A stretch of 59,023 nucleotides of DNA, filler included, from Asterionella formosa (Eukaryota), in the NCBI GenBank assembly GCA_002256025.1. It is 9 parts of 9 records of this genome, joined end to end, with 100 filler letters (N's around TTAATTAATTAA, not from the genome) between each part and the next. Parts side by side here need not be neighbours in the genome. Positions count along the whole stretch, not along the records: positions 19,729 to 26,197 come from NKIB01012694.1; positions 26,298 to 32,765 come from NKIB01012695.1; positions 32,866 to 39,332 come from NKIB01012696.1; 6 more parts are not named here. One strand, given 5' to 3'. This document shows, in pieces, positions 22,104 through 33,108 of the stretch (its first letter is position 1; every line of letters begins with the position of its first letter). Below the pieces are notes generated by a model. The model was given only the letters and a program-made list of their open reading frames with translations, was not told the DNA's origin and searched no databases. The position numbers and the translations under genes were made by a program.

Positions 22104-23536
22104 CTATCCTCGCAACTTGGTGTGCTTCACCTTCTTGGCTTCGAATTTCTTTTTGTGGTACTTGTCAGCAAACCCCTGAACCAATGATTGATAATTCTTA
22201 TCTTGCCGTTGCTGTGAATTAGTCTTTGTGACAATCTGCACTACGTCTTCATCGTCTAGTTGATGCTCCACTCCACATCGTTGAGGAGAGTGCTTGGCGC
22301 TTGTACCCCAGACAAGGGCAAAATTGAAGTCACGAAGCATTTGGGATGACACATTGGCACATAGGGACCTGATCTTGGTTCCTTTACGGATCTTGGACAA
22401 GACGACAGGATCTTCCAAGTCTGGTGGTTGACCTGCAGTGGGGAGAATGATTCGATACGTCAGTGAGATACAACATTCCATGAGTTTTGAGAAATCCAAA
22501 TGGAAATTTTCAGACAATGCATACCTCGTCGTTTGGTGTAAATTCTCGTCAAACCCAAGTATTCCCACATCTTGGCCTTTAGCAAATCATCTTCATCTGG
22601 CTTTCCGATATTGTACTCTTCGCTCACACTTCCCACCAAAGAATGGGGTTGACGTGCCAAATTATCAATCTCTTCTATAGTTACTGTATCAATCTTGTTG
22701 TAGAGATACAAGCATGGTTTGTATTGTCGATTGCCCTGAATTACATCTACCAATTGATCCACAGTGATATCTTCTCTGGTCAATATGTCAGCATTTGTAA
22801 TTTTATACTCCCTCATGATGTTCATTGCCACTTTTTCCGGTTCTGGCCCCAAATTAGTCAGTTGAACGGTGGACGAAAACTTGACTCCACCAGTTTTCTT
22901 TTTCGAAAACGTCACATCAGGAGGTCTCTGATTTAATCGGATCCCTACCGTTTCTAGTTCCTTTTCCAAAATCTCACGATGCCTGTTCAGTCCTTCCTTT
23001 CCTGCATCCAATACGATTAAGATCGCATCTGCATTGCGAGCAACAGCTATAACTTCCCGACCTCGGCCCTTACCGTGAGCAGCACCCTCGATAATTCCTG
23101 GCAGATCCAAGATTTGGACCTTCGACCCCTTGTACTTCATAGTACCAGGAATACACGTGAGAGTTGTGAATTCGTAGTCAGCCTGTGTTTGTGCATTTGT
23201 GAGAAAAAAGGAACATCGACATGGTCACATGCCAAAAGTGCAGTTAAGCAAACCACTCACAGCCTCTGACTGCGACCCTGTCAATTGGTTCAACAAGGAC
23301 GACTTCCCCACTGACGGAAAGCCAATCAACGCCACTCGCGCATCCCCCAATCTCGCAACATCGAATCCCTCTCCGGCCCCAGCGCCTCCACTTCCGCCGC
23401 TCTGCTCCACTAGCAAGTCGTTTCGAAGCTTGGCTAATTTGGCCTTAAGTGTTCCTAAATGGTAGTTGGTGGCCTTGTTCTTTTGGGTCCGGGCCATTTC
23501 ATCTTCGATTTCCTTGATGCGTTCTAGAATACCCAT
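22104..23536 (-). CDS. DRG2: Developmentally regulated GTP-binding protein, DRG2/Rbg2-type OBG GTPase with TGS domain, 420 aa; exons 23536-23261, 23182-22525, 22432-22104
   Basis: [73 protein letters not shown] introns 23260-23183 (78 bp) and 22524-22433 (92 bp) join the ORFs in frame. Confidence 0.96.
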
Positions 23537-24956
23537 TTTGAATTTCCCTTGTTGTAGAAAGACGAAGAATTATCGATAGTAGTCAACGATAGACTGTGCT
23601 ACTCTGATAAAGCAAATAGAATACAATGATCTACAAATAATTGTGATGGAATGAAAGGGAATCATGCATCTAGGCAACTACTGGTACCCAGTACCCTTTA
23701 CCCTGGGGTACCATTTCTAAAAATAAAACAACTACCTACCGGTACATACAGTTATCAGCCAGCATGGCTGATCAAAACTTTATGATGAGGTTGTGATGAT
23801 GGGCGGAGGACGAGACAAGAAAAACGAAGCTGGCTGTGGGTGCAATTCCCGCTCCAGCTATCGTCTTGCCATTCGGGTCCTTGTTAAGTAATTTTTGGGC
23901 TTTAAGTAATTTCATAAGTAATTTTTATTTAGGGGCAATATGGGGCACATGGAATTTTTCGGCAATAAAATTGCCGATTTTAGCAAGACAGCCAGAATAA
24001 CAGTAATATGCATAGGGATGATACAACAAGCGTAAAACACACGAGAATGATTGTAACATGCAACATCAATGAAAATTGAACATGATGTTTGGAGCAACCA
24101 AAGTATGAAATGCGATGTAATAAGTAGCATCAAATTAGAAATAGAAAAAATTGTTTTGGGTTAGAAATGAAGTGAAAAATAGGAGTTTCAATGGAAACAT
24201 ATGCATTGTGACATTGTACTACTTACACAGGCAACATTGACTTTCCATTACCACACAATCGAAGACCGAAAGAAGAAGAAAAAAAGCAGAAACCAATTTA
24301 GACCTGCAACGTTATGTAGTGTAGATGATCTGGTTGCTGCAACCATTCACATCGCTGTAGCAGCCTAACACCAGTAGCAGTCTTTCCGCCACAATCATTC
24401 CTCCCACCCAACAACCCTGATCATTCCACTCCATTCTGAGCTAGCGTGATTGCCAGGCTACTCCAGCACTATCGACGCCCTCTAGCTGAGTATTTTTACG
24501 TAGCCTGTGATACAAACTCGTAGTAGAAAGGTAGCAAAGCGCGTTAGTACAAGAAAAGCATTGCTTGGCGGGAATATTGACATCATTGTCAATGACTATA
24601 CAAATCAACAAATAAGATCAACAACGGCACAATACAACTTCAAAGAGTAGGCATTGATACATGCATCGGCCCTTTGAAGATATTTACAATCAAATCAAAA
24701 CGACAGTGCGGAATGACAAAGAACGATAGAAGCGATCAAAACGGACCATGGAAGCAGCAATCAAATAGGAAACTCAACAATCGTATCTATGATCACATTC
24801 AGTATTTGACTGGTGTACTCACCGGTCTGCTCTAACAAGCGTAACACGCAGCAGATGATGGGCACATAAGGAAGTCGAAAGTTCCTGTTGCAAGCCTGAA
24901 TTGAGCAACAACAGGAAGGATAGAGTGAGAATTATAATTGTGAGGACGAAATTGGG

Positions 24957-26197
24957 TGTTGAGATTGCGTCCCGAAGCACTCTATGCTTTCTTGTATCCT
25001 GTAAGGACACGTCAGGGACCAAAAAGGCTGTAGATATGAACAACGATGTCTCCGTAATCGATTGTAATCATTCCTAAGAGTTTTAATAGAATTATGGGTT
25101 TTTACTGTTGACGTTGATTGTTTTCGAATTCTGAGTCTTCTCTGGTACCATATTCTTTCTTGATTCATTCGATTCAATATGTAGTAGGTAATTTATACCG
25201 GGATTTTCTTTCCTAAAATATTTTCTCCAACACACTCCTGCTGGACACGGATGCTCACTTTGAATTCATAATTTGCTGACGAAAATGAATAAATTTCGTT
25301 CCAACCAGTGGTTTCATCATGTAGTCTGCTAACATTGCATCCGTTGGACAGTACTACTTAATCTGTACTTCCTTTCTTTCAATAAGATCAGTAATATAAA
25401 AATATTTGATGTTGAAATGTCGTGTGCGTTTTCCTGAACTTGCTTTTCCATTTGCTTCTAGCTTCATTGCGCTAGTGTTGTCACAGTAAATGACATTCGT
25501 AGTCACCTTGTGTCCTTGCGCTTCAATAAATAATTTCGTCCACAACACCTTTGATACAATGTCATCGACACCAACCAATTCAGCTTCAGTCAAGCTTCTA
25601 GTGTTCACTTTCTGTTTTGTGGACATAGAACAAATAATTCCGTTTCCAAGTGACAATGTGGCTCCAGTGTGACTTTTAAAATCTTTGTGTACTGCAGACG
25701 CCGCATCAACGTACCATTTAATGCTCTGAGTGTCATCAGCACTCATAGATGCAACCTCATTCTGAGTTGCTTTCAAGAAATTTATGATCTTGACTAATTT
25801 TGCCCAATCGCCTTCATTTGGTTTTGTAGTTTGGGTTGCCAGAAATGCAATTCCTGGTTGAATGTCCTGTCTTCCTCACTTACATAGGAACATTCCTTTC
25901 ATGCCATATAATGCCTTGATCATCCTAACATATAGGACCTTGCTGTTTCCTTCATAAACAACATATTTTTCATAAGTCTCGGGGCTGAGTTCTGTCAACA
26001 TATTGACAAGCAAACCTCTAATCTTCATCATGATTTGTTCCCCTTTTTCTTTCTCATCGATATCCACGTGCACAAATGCATTGGGTATATCTGCAGTCAT
26101 AACATCGCGATTTTGCTTTGCATCAATTGTTGCTGTTATCATAACAGATTCAGTCATGGTAGTTGGACTAGCTGCTTCATCTCTTTCCATGAATTCA
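24957..26197 (-). mobile_element. 3' part of a Ty1/Copia element: internally deleted RT, RNase H, PPT and 3' LTR (24957-25232)
   Basis: ASPT..ESV..TA.IDA...RDV.TADIPNAF, KALYGM joined directly to KGMFLCK, WYVDA..AVH.D.KSHTG, KQKVNTRS.TEAELVG, KRTRHFNIKYFYITD; PPT GCAGGAGTG then TGTTGGAGA...TCTCAACA. Confidence 0.92.
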
Positions 26198-26297
26198 NNN
26201 NNNNNNNNNNNNNNNNNNNNNNNNNNNNNNNNNNNNNNNNNTTAATTAATTAANNNNNNNNNNNNNNNNNNNNNNNNNNNNNNNNNNNNNNNNNNNN
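26198..26297. other. Artificial contig linker
   Basis: Same linker. Confidence 0.98.
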
Positions 26298-27185
26298 TAA
26301 TTTTCTAAAATGTTGCTCTACGCAAGTCTCGTCTAGTATGTGGGATATTGAAACACATGAATAAATTTCGAAGTTTTGTATTTTCAGCGAAGATCAAATA
26401 TTATGTGTGGGTGAAAAAGTTTACAAAAACGTATATAATACATAAAATTCATTTGTTTTCCACTATCAGGTTTGCTTGACCCAAATGGACCGGAGCGCTC
26501 TTATTGTGGACACATGATAAAATTTTAAGGATGTTCAATTGATAGAGAATTGAACCGAATGGTCATCGTTCAGATTTGACCCGAATTTCAGGATAGTGTT
26601 GGCCTTTTCAACGGAAATACTGGTAGTTCATTTCAACGGCTTGACACGGTGAAAACGCTTACCGGTACATGCGTTGTGAGACTTTGCTCCTTGGCATAAA
26701 TATACTTAACATGAACCACGTCCGAGGACAAAACAGCCCGAAAGAGAAATAATCGAGGATGGACAGATAACGCATGGAAGAATTTTGTGAGGATGTCCCC
26801 CCTAAGTGGTTGTACCACAAGCTTTGGAGGGGATTGTCGCTCATTAACATGTTTTCACGAAAATAAACTGTAAGCAATCAAGAAGTAATAGCTGGCTACT
26901 TATGGAAAAGTTCCAAAATTATATTACCTGGTACCGGTACTACAGTAGTGACTTATGTACCGAAAGTTTGCTTTGTGACTAGCACTGCCGGTAATTAATA
27001 AATACCTGGAGTATCCTCTACCCTGCTTGTGGAGGGTCCGATAAAAAAACGTATTTTACCTTTGAAAAGATTCAGCTAAAGCCAATATCTCAATTACCGG
27101 ACCTTCCCTGGTACCAGCACCAGCTACCAGGTACCAGGGTAAGTGACCACATCATTCCCCCGCCCCGAATAATGATTTTATCCAA

Positions 27186-27228
27186 ACGATGTACGGTACT
27201 GGTACCTGGTACCAGTACCGTACATCGT
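27186..27228. repeat. Perfect 43-bp palindrome (21-bp arms, 1-nt centre) built on GGTACC-T-GGTACC
   Basis: ACGATGTACGGTACTGGTACC t GGTACCAGTACCGTACATCGT. Confidence 0.95.
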
Positions 27229-27654
27229 CTTACAAGCAACACCGACTTGCGAAGGAAAAACTAAAGTAATACATATACCGGTACACATAAAAAGAATGAG
27301 CCAAATATTTAAGAGCAAATCATTGCTTCAGCGATCGACGAGAAAATCTGAAAAATGTCAATAGTTTATAAATATTTTGTCTAGAATTAATTTTTTAATC
27401 CCGAATCAGCTGTTACGCGATACCTGTAAGGTAGTCCGGTTTGATTTGGAGGCTTTGGTTTAATCTCGCTTATCATGAAGACAAGTACAAGGTGTACCAG
27501 CACTGGCAATTTAGATACAATTGTACGGTGATTCGTGCGACATGGACAAAGTTTTGGATTCGAGAGTAGGACCACCCAAGGCGATCCGACAACAAGCGGA
27601 GACAGGATGCTATGCCATCCTTGAACCACAAGGCCAACAAACCCTCTTGTCGAA

Positions 27655-27870
27655 TGCATACCGGTAGTCGAGCTGGTACCCCTGGTAGCACTTGGTGCAT
27701 GGTACCAGGTACTGGTACCTGGTACCATGTACTGATACAAGGGGGCCTGGTACCAGGTACCACGTACCAGGGTGGTAAACGGTACTCTGAAAGGTGGTCC
27801 AGGCCTCCTCGTTTTGACGAAACTCCGATTTTGCGTGGGATTAAAATGTTGGTACCTGGTACCACCAGGG
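27655..27870. repeat. Dense GGTACC/CCWGG palindrome cluster
   Basis: About eight GGTACC sites, including the fold-back CATGGTACCAGGTAC-tg-GTACCTGGTACCATG (27698-27729). Confidence 0.9.
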
Positions 27871-29528
27871 TATATCAGTCGTATAACCTGTACCTTTCGT
27901 GCACAATGAATTTTGACCTAGACAATGGCCTGACATCACTGCGTTCAAGGTGACTCGAACAGTGGGCATCACCTGTGGAAGATTTTTCAATTTGTTTGCA
28001 TCACATTTCCTGGAAATTCCTCATTCTTACGCAGCCAGGACTAGGCCTATCTAGCACTACCTAGCAGAGAAATATTAGAACAGGCACAGTATGGTGGAAA
28101 TATGTATGACCAATACATAAGTATGTTGAACAACCCATGCATGGATTTATGCCGGGCAGTCGACAGCTACCTGGCTGGTACCTGGTACCTTGTACCAGAC
28201 AGCAGTAAAACCAACAGGGTATGAAATTAATTATATAGCACACAAGAGTAGAATATTATTTGGTAAATAGTTTTTCTGTGTCTGGCAGCATATGGTATTG
28301 TCGTGATTGTGTCAACAGGTGTTTTAAATTTGGCTTACTAGTTTATCAGACCATACCACTCTCATGTACACCCGCTCTTTGGAACATAATACCCCTGCGA
28401 AGGGCTCACCCCCTACAGTGGCGCCTGTTGACAGAACAAATCGTCGGCCATTGAACGCCGCACAAGTAAAGTTGACCGTTGAACTTTTTTGCTTGCATAC
28501 AGTTGCTCTTGGCCATTGAATTTTTAGTGTGAATCGACCTGCAAATGCACTCCCCACCACTTTCCAAACAGAGGTTCTGACTGATTCTGGCCCCTTACAC
28601 ACACACCTTGCTGGTTATGAGTTTTAAACAGACACTCACGACGCCCATAAGAGTTTAAAACAGGGAACTCATTACACCCATAAGAGTCTAACAAGGGGTA
28701 GCAATCACTCATCCTTCTCCTTGACCTTCTCCCTCTCATTCAACACCTGGCCTTACCATACACCCCATCTCCTGGCTGCATCCTCCTTTCACTGTTTGCC
28801 TCCACATCTACTAGCCACCTTCCTGTGTTGCCACACCCCAGCATGTCTTACCATCTACCAAGCATTGTCAACCCTGGCTTGCCGATTCTCTCAAATGGGG
28901 GGGGGGAATCCTGCTGGATCTAGTCTGCACAGATGCTCACAGCACCAACAGAAGTACCATAACATGGGGGTTTTATCTATTATTTTGCTCTCCCAACAAC
29001 CAAGGACTTCTTTTGCCAGCATGTACAAGAACCCTACACTATGATGAGAGGGAGATTGTGTTCTTGGATATCTTTCTTCTTTTCATCAGCCACTTGTCAC
29101 TGGAACACCGCAGATAGGGGAGATATGTCCCATGGCATCAGAATTGCAGAAAGGGTCAGCTTATTGCATCACAGATATCAGGCAAATAGCAATAAAGAAA
29201 TCTTCTTTAGCTATCATTCTGGATGAGATTTGTTGTCCTGAACAAATAGCAAGGGATTCATATTGTAAAGTCCATAGTGATTTCAGCCATCAAAGAGAGG
29301 GACCTGAAAGCTGGCTTAATTAGTTGACTATCAGAACAAATTTAAAATTAAAATAGTTGCATCTCAATACAAAAAAGCTACATGATGTTCCAATAGGAAA
29401 CATAGGAGAACATAAATCTTTCCCATGACAGCAAGTCCTCCATGTGTGTATATTAAAAATGAGGTGTCCAGAGTCTGACATCGCCCATTTTCACCTTGTG
29501 TGTTACCAGGAAACACATTTAATGAGAA

Positions 29529-31235
29529 TTAGACATCTGCGCTATTTTTCGCAATGGCTTTGGTCAGCAAGACTTGTACCAAACCCATCCCGGAGACTAC
29601 TGTATATGACGAGATACACGCAATAAACACTGGGGCAGTTAAGGGCCCTCCCAGTACAAAAATAAAGCTGGACAGGATGGTAAATGTAAAAATTCCTGGT
29701 AAGATGGATGTGGCAACAGCGACAAGACAACAAGGGACTGTCACAAGGGCTGGGATTTCTGGAATGATCAAATTGATTGCCGATCCAACACAGGCTCCAG
29801 AAAAAATTAGTGGAAAGAAAGGACCCCCAATAAATCCGAATCCAATACAGACACTCATTGATAACAGCTTGAGCAGCCCAGATACAATGATTGTTTCTTT
29901 CCCAAGCTCTTTTCCATTTGTAATTATCAAACTCATCTGTTCAGAGCCATCCGAAAGATTCAGAGGCGCCGCGACAACCAACAATCCATGGACCACTCCA
30001 CCAATCATTGGAGTCAATAGTTTACCCAGGACATTTGGACCAAGTCCCATTCTCTCCCCCAGATCATTCAACTTTGTGCTGACCAAGGCACCCACCACCT
30101 TACTAACCGCAAGGAATAGAAATCCGACAAAGCCAACCAGACCACAAAAACACCCCATTCCTGCGGCGTACACTAATAAGCGAGTTTGAACGATGGGTAG
30201 CACATCATATGCGGCTGCCGGAAGCACAGTGATATCCAGAAGAGTGCGATCTTCAAAGCCGGTGAAGAGTGCATAAGAAAATGTCGCAGAGATACCCGTA
30301 CGCGCCAGAGTCTCGACTAAGGAGAATCGACCTCCGTGTCCCCAGTGACCACCCAACTCAAAAAGCAGGAGCGGTGACAGCAACTGATTGGGGAAAATGG
30401 CGCCAAAGGCGGCTGCCATGCCATCTAGGACGCACATGGATTTGTCTCGCGAAAAGTCGGGCAAAAGATATGACAGGAATCCATGCTTTTCTCTTTCGTC
30501 GCTCGTTTCTCCGTTTCGCTCATCGTCGTCCGCGAGGATTGGTCCTGACTGGGATGGTCCACCCCTCCGCCATCGACACCCCATTGTGCATCCTAGTGCT
30601 GTCCCCATGGCACCAAGTGCTACTTCGGGCCCCACAGATGCACCCATTCCAATCGAAATAGCAGAAGCAATCATCATCCCCAAGGGCAACAACCTGTCCT
30701 CAATTGTAAGGTTCGATAATTCTTCCAAAAAACCCGGAATGTTTTCTTTGAATTCGTGGTTCGGCAAAAGCTTGGTCCAAACGACTTTCAAGAGACCTAC
30801 GGCCAAGCCCGCACCAGCCAACAGTCCCACCCACCACCATTCACCTCGTCCTATTTTGAGTGGGTTTAAAGTTTGCGAATCGTTTACATTATCATCAGTC
30901 GATGATGGTGTATAATCAATCGCCTCTTGGTAGCTCCCCTGGAGAAACGTCGCGTTCGCCAAGGCAGTATAACAATTGAAAAAAGCCAATGCTACTGCAC
31001 CCATGATCATCCCTTGTAGACTTGATGAAAATACGAGGGCCTGCCAATAGAACCAGCCTTGCGCATAGGCGGGTCCCATGGCGTTTAGAGTTATTTGCGC
31101 TTGTTCGACTTTTTCGGCGCGTTGGGTGGATGCGGCGGCAGCTTTGACAGAGGCGGATCGGGCAGGGATACCCCAAACAGCGTTACCGCTATCATTCTCC
31201 TCCTCATGATTACTATCATTATCGAAATCCCGCAT
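29529..31235 (-). CDS. CLC-family chloride channel/transporter, prokaryote-like, no CBS domains, ~568 aa, intronless
   Basis: Many hydrophobic helices; GASVGPEVA (GxEGP-equivalent), GMAAAFGAIF, GFIGGPFFPLIFSG. Start placed at MRDFDND because the upstream part of the ORF is GGTACC-repeat translation. Confidence 0.88.
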   Translation of the reverse strand: MRDFDNDSNHEEENDSGNAVWGIPARSASVKAAAASTQRAEKVEQAQITLNAMGPAYAQGWFYWQALVFSSSLQGMIMGAVALAFFNCYTALANATFLQGSYQEAIDYTPSSTDDNVNDSQTLNPLKIGRGEWWWVGLLAGAGLAVGLLKVVWTKLLPNHEFKENIPGFLEELSNLTIEDRLLPLGMMIASAISIGMGASVGPEVALGAMGTALGCTMGCRWRRGGPSQSGPILADDDERNGETSDEREKHGFLSYLLPDFSRDKSMCVLDGMAAAFGAIFPNQLLSPLLLFELGGHWGHGGRFSLVETLARTGISATFSYALFTGFEDRTLLDITVLPAAAYDVLPIVQTRLLVYAAGMGCFCGLVGFVGFLFLAVSKVVGALVSTKLNDLGERMGLGPNVLGKLLTPMIGGVVHGLLVVAAPLNLSDGSEQMSLIITNGKELGKETIIVSGLLKLLSMSVCIGFGFIGGPFFPLIFSGACVGSAINLIIPEIPALVTVPCCLVAVATSILPGIFTFTILSSFIFVLGGPLTAPVFIACISSYTVVSGMGLVQVLLTKAIAKNSADV

Positions 31236-31359
31236 ATTGTTGGGGGGAGGGGACAGGTGAGGGCGCTTGGGATAGGGCGGGCGGCTTGTGTTTGCGGCGT
31301 TTGTCAATTCTATAAAGCGACCTGCTTTCACAGCGCGGTCGATTTCTGTTCTGCAGGAG

Positions 31360-31955
31360 TACCTTGTACTTGGTACAGGTACATAGTGCCTGGTACCTGG
31401 TACCTGGTACCGATCTACCAGTAGCATCGTTTTCAATCAGAATCGCTCGCAACCTGATGGTACCAGGGGTACTTGATACCAGGTACCATCAGGTGCCTTG
31501 TAACGCAGTACGGTAGGCTCGCTCGAGCATGTAGCGGAGGCACTTTTCGGCTAATACCACCGACGTACCGTAGTACGGTATGATATTCATACTAAGATAC
31601 CGGTATGCTTCTGGTCATAAAATGTGCACTACTGTAAACATATATACCGGTATAGATATGATACATGTTAAAGAATATAATACAGCCATTCCTGTACCAG
31701 GTACCTGTAGTCTAGTACCAGGTACGCAGAATGGAAACTGGTATACCATTCATGCCGGTATGATGATGTACGGAGTACCTGGTATCAGGTACCTGGTACT
31801 ATTTGATAGGTAGGAGCACCTCTCACCAGTACTACCCGGTAGTAACGGTACTGGTACTCCGAATGCTGGTTCCATGGCACCAGTGGTATGTTATGTGAAC
31901 AGTACAGTACCTGGTACTGGTAGAGACAAACCGGAGTACAGGACCATATGTACCG
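31360..31955. promoter_or_regulatory. GGTACC/CCWGG-rich region upstream of the CLC gene
   Basis: CCTGGTACCTGGTACCTGGTACC at ~31389; fold-back ACCTGATGGTACC...GGTACCATCAGGT at 31452-31494. Regulatory role is inferred only from position. Confidence 0.45.
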
Positions 31956-32629
31956 GTAATAAAAATGGACACCTCTGAGCTCCGGGTTATTCATATGGTA
32001 CTAAACGAAGCAACGAATATCATCATTTCAGCCAGAGCGACAAAGAGCGAAAGCAAATGAAAGGAAAACGATTCGCCATTATCTATAGAAAGTGGTGAGG
32101 TGAAGCATGCGGACCCTGGAGGATCGTTTTTTGATGTCGTTGCCCCCTGCAGATCCTCTATACTGATATGAGGACATTCTGTGAAAGTTGAGCTGAAGTT
32201 GATTCGAAATCCATTCGTTTTCCTGTCCATTGCGTCGGCCACGAGCATCATGTCACTTTTGTTTCCAGCTTTCTCGGTTCTACATAGGAACTGGTATTCT
32301 TTTTTGCGTTCAACGTGCGCCTGCCGACACGAAGACTCAATTCCCACTGATTGTACTGCTTAAATACCCGGCATGCAGTATGACGAACAGAGCGCCATAC
32401 CGGTTTCTATGATAAAATAACTGCCTTCCATCCATAATTTCAGCTGTGCTACTGGTACTCACTTCCAAGTTGTTGTTTCTCTTGCAGAACGAACATTGCA
32501 CATCCTCTTTATTCCTTGGCTTGTTCATTGCAGCGCTTGAGCTTGAGCTTGAGCTTGAACTGCCAGCACTCGACTCGTTGAAAGCCCAGTCTGCCATATT
32601 TGTATCCAACTGCAGAATCTCTCCTGAGA

Positions 32630-32765
32630 ATGAATTCGTCGGACGAGACCGACGCCACAGCTTCCGACTCGGATGACGACGACCATCAGTTGGCCACAGG
32701 GCAGGCTTCTGCTCCGATGGAAACGGATACATCAGTCGATGGTGCCAAGGAAGAAACTAACACTG
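32630..32765 (+). CDS. Possible 5' end of an acidic low-complexity protein, truncated by the contig end
   Basis: MNSSDETDATASDSDDDDHQ..., open to the linker, in a GC- and CpG-richer stretch; no family recognised. Confidence 0.35.
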
Positions 32766-32865
32766 NNNNNNNNNNNNNNNNNNNNNNNNNNNNNNNNNNN
32801 NNNNNNNNNTTAATTAATTAANNNNNNNNNNNNNNNNNNNNNNNNNNNNNNNNNNNNNNNNNNNN
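32766..32865. other. Artificial contig linker
   Basis: Same linker. Confidence 0.98.
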
Positions 32866-33108
32866 TAACACTCGTACGTAGACGAAATTTCGAAAAGTCA
32901 AATGAATTATTTGAAACATCAACTAATTCAGTCTCGCGTTCAAAATTCATTGTGAAAACTTCACATGAAACAGTTAAAACTTCACATGAAACCGTTAAAA
33001 GTAATCTTTTTTACGTGAAGAGTGGCATTAATGCATGTGAAGTACCACATAATTAACACTCATACGTAGACGAAATTTCGAAAAGTGGCGTATTTCGCGT
33101 CTTAGATG
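32866..33108 (+). repeat. 3'-end-like segment related to the 7198-8060 repeat, with internal duplications
   Basis: TAACACTC.TACGTAGACGAAATTTCGAAAAGT twice; AAAACTTCACATGAAAC twice; ends AAAAGTGGCGTATTTCGCGTCTTAGATG like 8036-8062. Confidence 0.55.

Noticed and set aside
27387..27953. Overlapping ORFs rich in VPGT/WYQ
   Set aside because: By-products of the stop-poor palindromic motif on both strands; no domain signal.
29554..30915. 211-aa and 175-aa plus-strand ORFs
   Set aside because: Antisense shadows of the CLC coding sequence.
31236..31436. First 67 aa of the 635-aa CLC ORF
   Set aside because: Non-ATG start, and RYQVPGTR-type residues are translation of the GGTACC repeats; the ATG at 31235 is more plausible.
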